64,000 nt of DNA, taken from Macrostomum hystrix. Lineage: Eukaryota; Animalia; Platyhelminthes. The position numbers were made by a program, and so were the translations under genes. Of this stretch, positions 60,536-64,000 are shown piece by piece; the first letter of the stretch is position 1; every line of letters begins with the position of its first letter. Where the stretch lies: the NCBI GenBank assembly GCA_950097015.1, contig CATNEN010000002.1, positions 7,006,001 through 7,070,000 on the forward strand. Reading direction: 5' to 3'. The notes below the pieces were generated by a model, which made no database searches, was not told the DNA's origin, and saw nothing but the letters and a program-made list of their open reading frames with translations.

Positions 60536-62008
60536 GGCCGCCTTTATATGTCTGTCTGTCTGTCTGTCTATTGCTAAATTATTTCATCCCTGCGCCCGTA
60601 TTTTGTCTCCACCACCATCTTAAAGCGGGTTAGCAGATGTGGGCAGGCAGAAATAGCTAGACGGCCAAAATATTACATAACAAAATATTAGTCCTTATTG
60701 GGCTAAATAAGGAATGGCTTTTGGGTTCGGCTGTTTAACAGCACCATATATTATAATCTATACCTGGCACGCAGTTGCAGAAAACGGGGTAGCAGAAATG
60801 TGCGCGGACTATAGCAATTTATAAAGCATTAGATGGGATTAGTTTAATTGAATTAAATAGCGCGCAGTGTTTTCCTAGTGTTTTTGTTGCTCGTCAGTCT
60901 AGATGTGCTAAGAGATGGAGATGGCATTTATTACTTGTTCTCAGGATCGCTTCTCGCTCTTATCTGATTGCTTTTATTTTGAGTTCTATTATTTCAGAGT
61001 CAATATTTTCATTTAGCATATGTCGCAGGCTGTCGACAATTTCAATTGTCCCCATTTTATTGCCGTTCTACTTTTTCTGTACCGGCTCCATTAAACTTTT
61101 TAATCCCTCACCGCCAACAAATAGTTGTTGTTGTTGTTGCTGTTGCTGCTCTCCAACAAGTTAGATAGATGGGCAGCTAGAATAATTAACAATGATTGCC
61201 TACCTTGTGGAGCGCAGATAAAAATCACTTTAAACGCAGTCGTCGTCGTTGGGGTCGCAGCTGGAGCGGAGCAATCGGAACAGTGTAGGGGGCAGTCGAA
61301 ACGAAATAGTAGATCACGAAGGAGCTGATTTGGTTGATTAATAGAGTTGGTATTGAAAATCAAAGTGTAGCTTGGGAACGATCGAGTCTGTCTTAATCGA
61401 TTGGCATAGAGAAATCAATCAGTGCGCGAGCTAGCTCTCTTTGACTTGTGTGCTCAAGATGAGCAATACAGTCCTTCCTGATAAAATTTAGTTTCTATGT
61501 GCCTAAGCTTTGTCTATGTCTTGAGTTTATCGCATTCCTTTATTAATAGTAGTCTAAAAATAATTTTACACACACGCAGTTGTTATGTGCTTATTTGGGC
61601 GCTATTTGTGTTATTATAATTTATAATAATTGAGCTATAATAATTTGAGCAAGTATACTAGTATATGGTATGAAAAGCTGACTGCATGCATTAATGTGTG
61701 AATAAAGGACATAAATCAAGAAAAAGCATTCGATCAAGAACTACATGTAGACGGTACGTATGGATATGAAAAAAACTAATTTAAGATGAGAATCAACAAG
61801 TGGCATCTGCAACAACAAGCAATTAAAATACATGTAGTAATGTGTGCATTAAAATACAATTTGGATGGACGCAAAAAGCTATACATATAATATAGTACGA
61901 TTTAATAACGGCAATTAACAGCTGCATATAGTGCTACTCAGTTATTTATAGATTTTATATGAAAAACTAAAATTTCAAATTCGCGCTAAATTCTACGAAA
62001 TTCAATGT

Positions 62009-62125
62009 GTACAGTCTGTAGTGCGCGCACATTCCCTAAAAAATATATAAGGCATGTCAGCTCTAATTTTAGAACGACGATCCTTATATATTTTTTAAGT
62101 ATTGTGCGCGCACTATGAACTGTAC
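62009..62125. other. Inverted-repeat module B
   Basis: 44-nt arms (62009-62052 and 62082-62125) with 6 mismatches around a 29-nt loop. The right arm is almost identical to that of module A. Confidence 0.92.
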
Positions 62126-62332
62126 CTAAATCTAAAATTAAATTGCTTACTTGACTACTATAAGTAGAGCAGTTAGCAGCATTTGTTTAATAATTGTCAG
62201 ATAAATCTATGGCTAATTAAATAATTCTATCAACAAAAACAATAAAGTATAATATTATCAACGGGAGTAATCAGTCAATCAATACAATCAATATTCTTAA
62301 CTATAGCATATAATATCAATTATAATAACATT

Positions 62333-62370
62333 AGCGTATAAAGCGCGCACATGTGCGCGCTTTATACGCT
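62333..62370. other. Perfect 38-bp palindrome B
   Basis: AGCGTATAAAGCGCGCACA|TGTGCGCGCTTTATACGCT. Confidence 0.97.
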
Positions 62371-62600
62371 GCAGTAACATGCAGTCAAACGAATTCAATT
62401 ATCCCTCCCTCGAAGGCCTGTGCATGTTTTCTCTGCGTGTTTTCTCTCTGTCCCGGCCCCCTTTATCTGCCCCACGGTGTTTTTCACTCACTATTTAAAT
62501 ATTTAATAATATTTTATATTATTAATATAATATAAATTAAATATTTTATATAAAATCTTAAATAAAGCAGGCAGACAGACAGGCGGGCAGGCAGGGCGAA

Positions 62601-64000
62601 TCAATCAAAATTATGCTCCGCCACTGAGTGCAGCCGCCGTCGCTTTCCGGCCACCGGTCTACCGTGCAGGACTGCGTCGGCTCGTTGGGTGCTCGCCGCC
62701 ACCTCCCCACTTCCACCAGCCAGGCTGCTGATGAGTCCCTGGGTCGGCGGCCTAACTATTGGTCGCATCTCTGCGTCACCTGATGGCACCACAAACCGGC
62801 GGACAATATCGCGGCTGCGAATTACTGTGCCCATCTCGGTGGCCATCTGGGCATTGTGCCCATAATTGTACCGGATGACAGCTGCAGATGTGCCGTGCGC
62901 TCTGGCGAACATATCCAGCTGCTCCGGCTCCATCATGAGCACTACGGCACAGAGGGTGCGACGCCAGTGCGTGGCCACATAGTGCCGACCCAGTACTCGC
63001 TGCCCGCCTGCGCTGATCATGCGGCTCATTGCCGACTGGCTGTACACACCGCCGAACACATCAATGAAGACGGTCGGCGACTCCGGTTGCTCGATGCCGC
63101 GAGCAGCAAGCGACGGCACGATATATTCGTCGTGCAGGCGCAGCAAGGCCTCGCAGAATATATCCGGCAGCACCATCCTGGCTGGGTCGCCGGAGTGTCC
63201 GACCTTGTGCGGCACTTCACGCAGCGGCAGGACGAGATGCGAGTGCCCAGCCAGATCGGCAGCGGACGGCCCGCTCCCCCCATCTGCACTTTGCGTGTGT
63301 TGGCGGAACAGCTGTTTTTGGTCGGCCGACGCGTTTCGCCGAACCGAACGGTCGACCAGGTGTCGCCGTCTCAAGTATATCCACGGCAGAAGTCGCAGTG
63401 CCTGCTCGACGCTGCAGTAGAAAAGCATCTCCTGCACTATCCGCCGCAGACATCCGGCGACTGAAGGCGCCATCATCTGCTTCGCCGTTGTCTTTAGTGT
63501 CATCAGCGATGCCATCAGCGACCACACCTGCTGCCTGCATGCCCCATTCGCCGTCGACTGGCAGTGAAGACCAGCTGTGTCTTTGGAGCATGATGAAAAA
63601 GCGGTCTCGACGGGCGAACACGGCATCAACCTCGTCTACGTTGACGTAGGTGTTCATAAATGCCACCTGCCGCTCATTGTGGCCAAGCTTGTAGACGGCC
63701 TGCATAGTATAAATGTGGTTGCGTTTACTTCTAGTAGATAGCAGCACGAAACCAAATAGAACTAACTGTCATTAATGCAGCTGCTGTGCAGCTATAGCCT
63801 ACCTGCTGTATGGCTCGGACATTGCCGAACTCGCCACGAGCCTGCTGCACCACGCTGCTAAGGCGGGCGATGAGAGCCTGCTCAGCCGCCAGCGGGTTGT
63901 TGGCCTTCTGCGCCAACTGCATTCTCCAGCAGACGCCACTGCCGACAGAGTCGACGTCCTCAATAGCAGGGCGCTCGGTGTCAGGCGAGGGTGAGTCGAT
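62601..64000 (-). CDS. Tyrosine recombinase (phage-integrase family), spliced and 5'-incomplete; exons >64000-63803, 63699-63528, 63460-62601
   Basis: Catalytic-order motifs: IYLRRRHL (first Arg, ~63370), PHKV (Lys, 63206), VFIDVFGGVYSQSAMSRMI, THWRRT (HxxR, 62969-62958) and ARAHGTSAAVIRYNYGH (Tyr, 62864). Intron 63802-63700 (GTAGGC...ATGCAG) is well supported. Intron 63527-63461 (GTGTGG...CTTCAG) restores the frame but has a weaker donor. Confidence 0.82.

Larger units (their letters stand above)
55625..64000. mobile_element. Putative integrated tyrosine-recombinase / Rep-helicase element; left boundary uncertain, extends beyond the window
   Basis: A tyrosine recombinase, a CRESS-like SF3 helicase Rep and a small ORF cluster in AT-rich spacers with paired inverted repeats and palindromes. 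No recognisable housekeeping genes after KIF9. Confidence 0.7.

Noticed and set aside
60668-60676. AAATATTAC as a CRESS nonanucleotide origin
   Set aside because: It fits NANTATTAC but has no flanking stem, and it is expected by chance in AT-rich DNA.
61100-61363. Small ORFs around a (TTG)n(CTG)n tract
   Set aside because: Short and low-complexity with no recognisable motif. A small spliced gene cannot be excluded.
16372-63747. Long antisense or alternate-frame ORFs over TAF3, SURF6, SLC3A, KIF9, Rep and the recombinase
   Set aside because: Shadow ORFs expected from GC-rich coding sequence. The exception is part of 63217-63747, which I use as a recombinase exon.

Overview
Animal genomic DNA with GC-rich, CAG/polyQ-rich exons, spliceosomal introns and a minisatellite in almost every intron and spacer. 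This style resembles the free-living flatworm Macrostomum, which is an inference and not verified. Positions 1-53.3 kb hold a gene-dense host region: RhoGAP 3' end, NOL10, NDUFAF2-like, universal stress protein, TAF3, SERGEF/RCC1-like, SURF6/RRP14, HSPBP1, SLC3A heavy chain, an unidentified exon, an N-acylated globin-X-like gene and KIF9. A tRNA-derived SINE occurs five to six times. The standout is ~55.6 kb to the window end, which looks like an integrated mobile element or virus-like replicon. It carries (i) a small CARD/death-fold-like ORF, (ii) a spliced ~903-aa Rep with a CRESS-virus-type SF3 helicase and an apparently inactivated HUH-like domain, and (iii) a convergent, intron-containing tyrosine recombinase that runs off the window. 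Two related inverted-repeat modules flank the Rep gene, each followed by a perfect 38-bp palindrome. The two palindromes share an 18-bp core but have different, fully self-complementary arms. I know of no described animal element with this gene combination, but could not run searches to confirm that.
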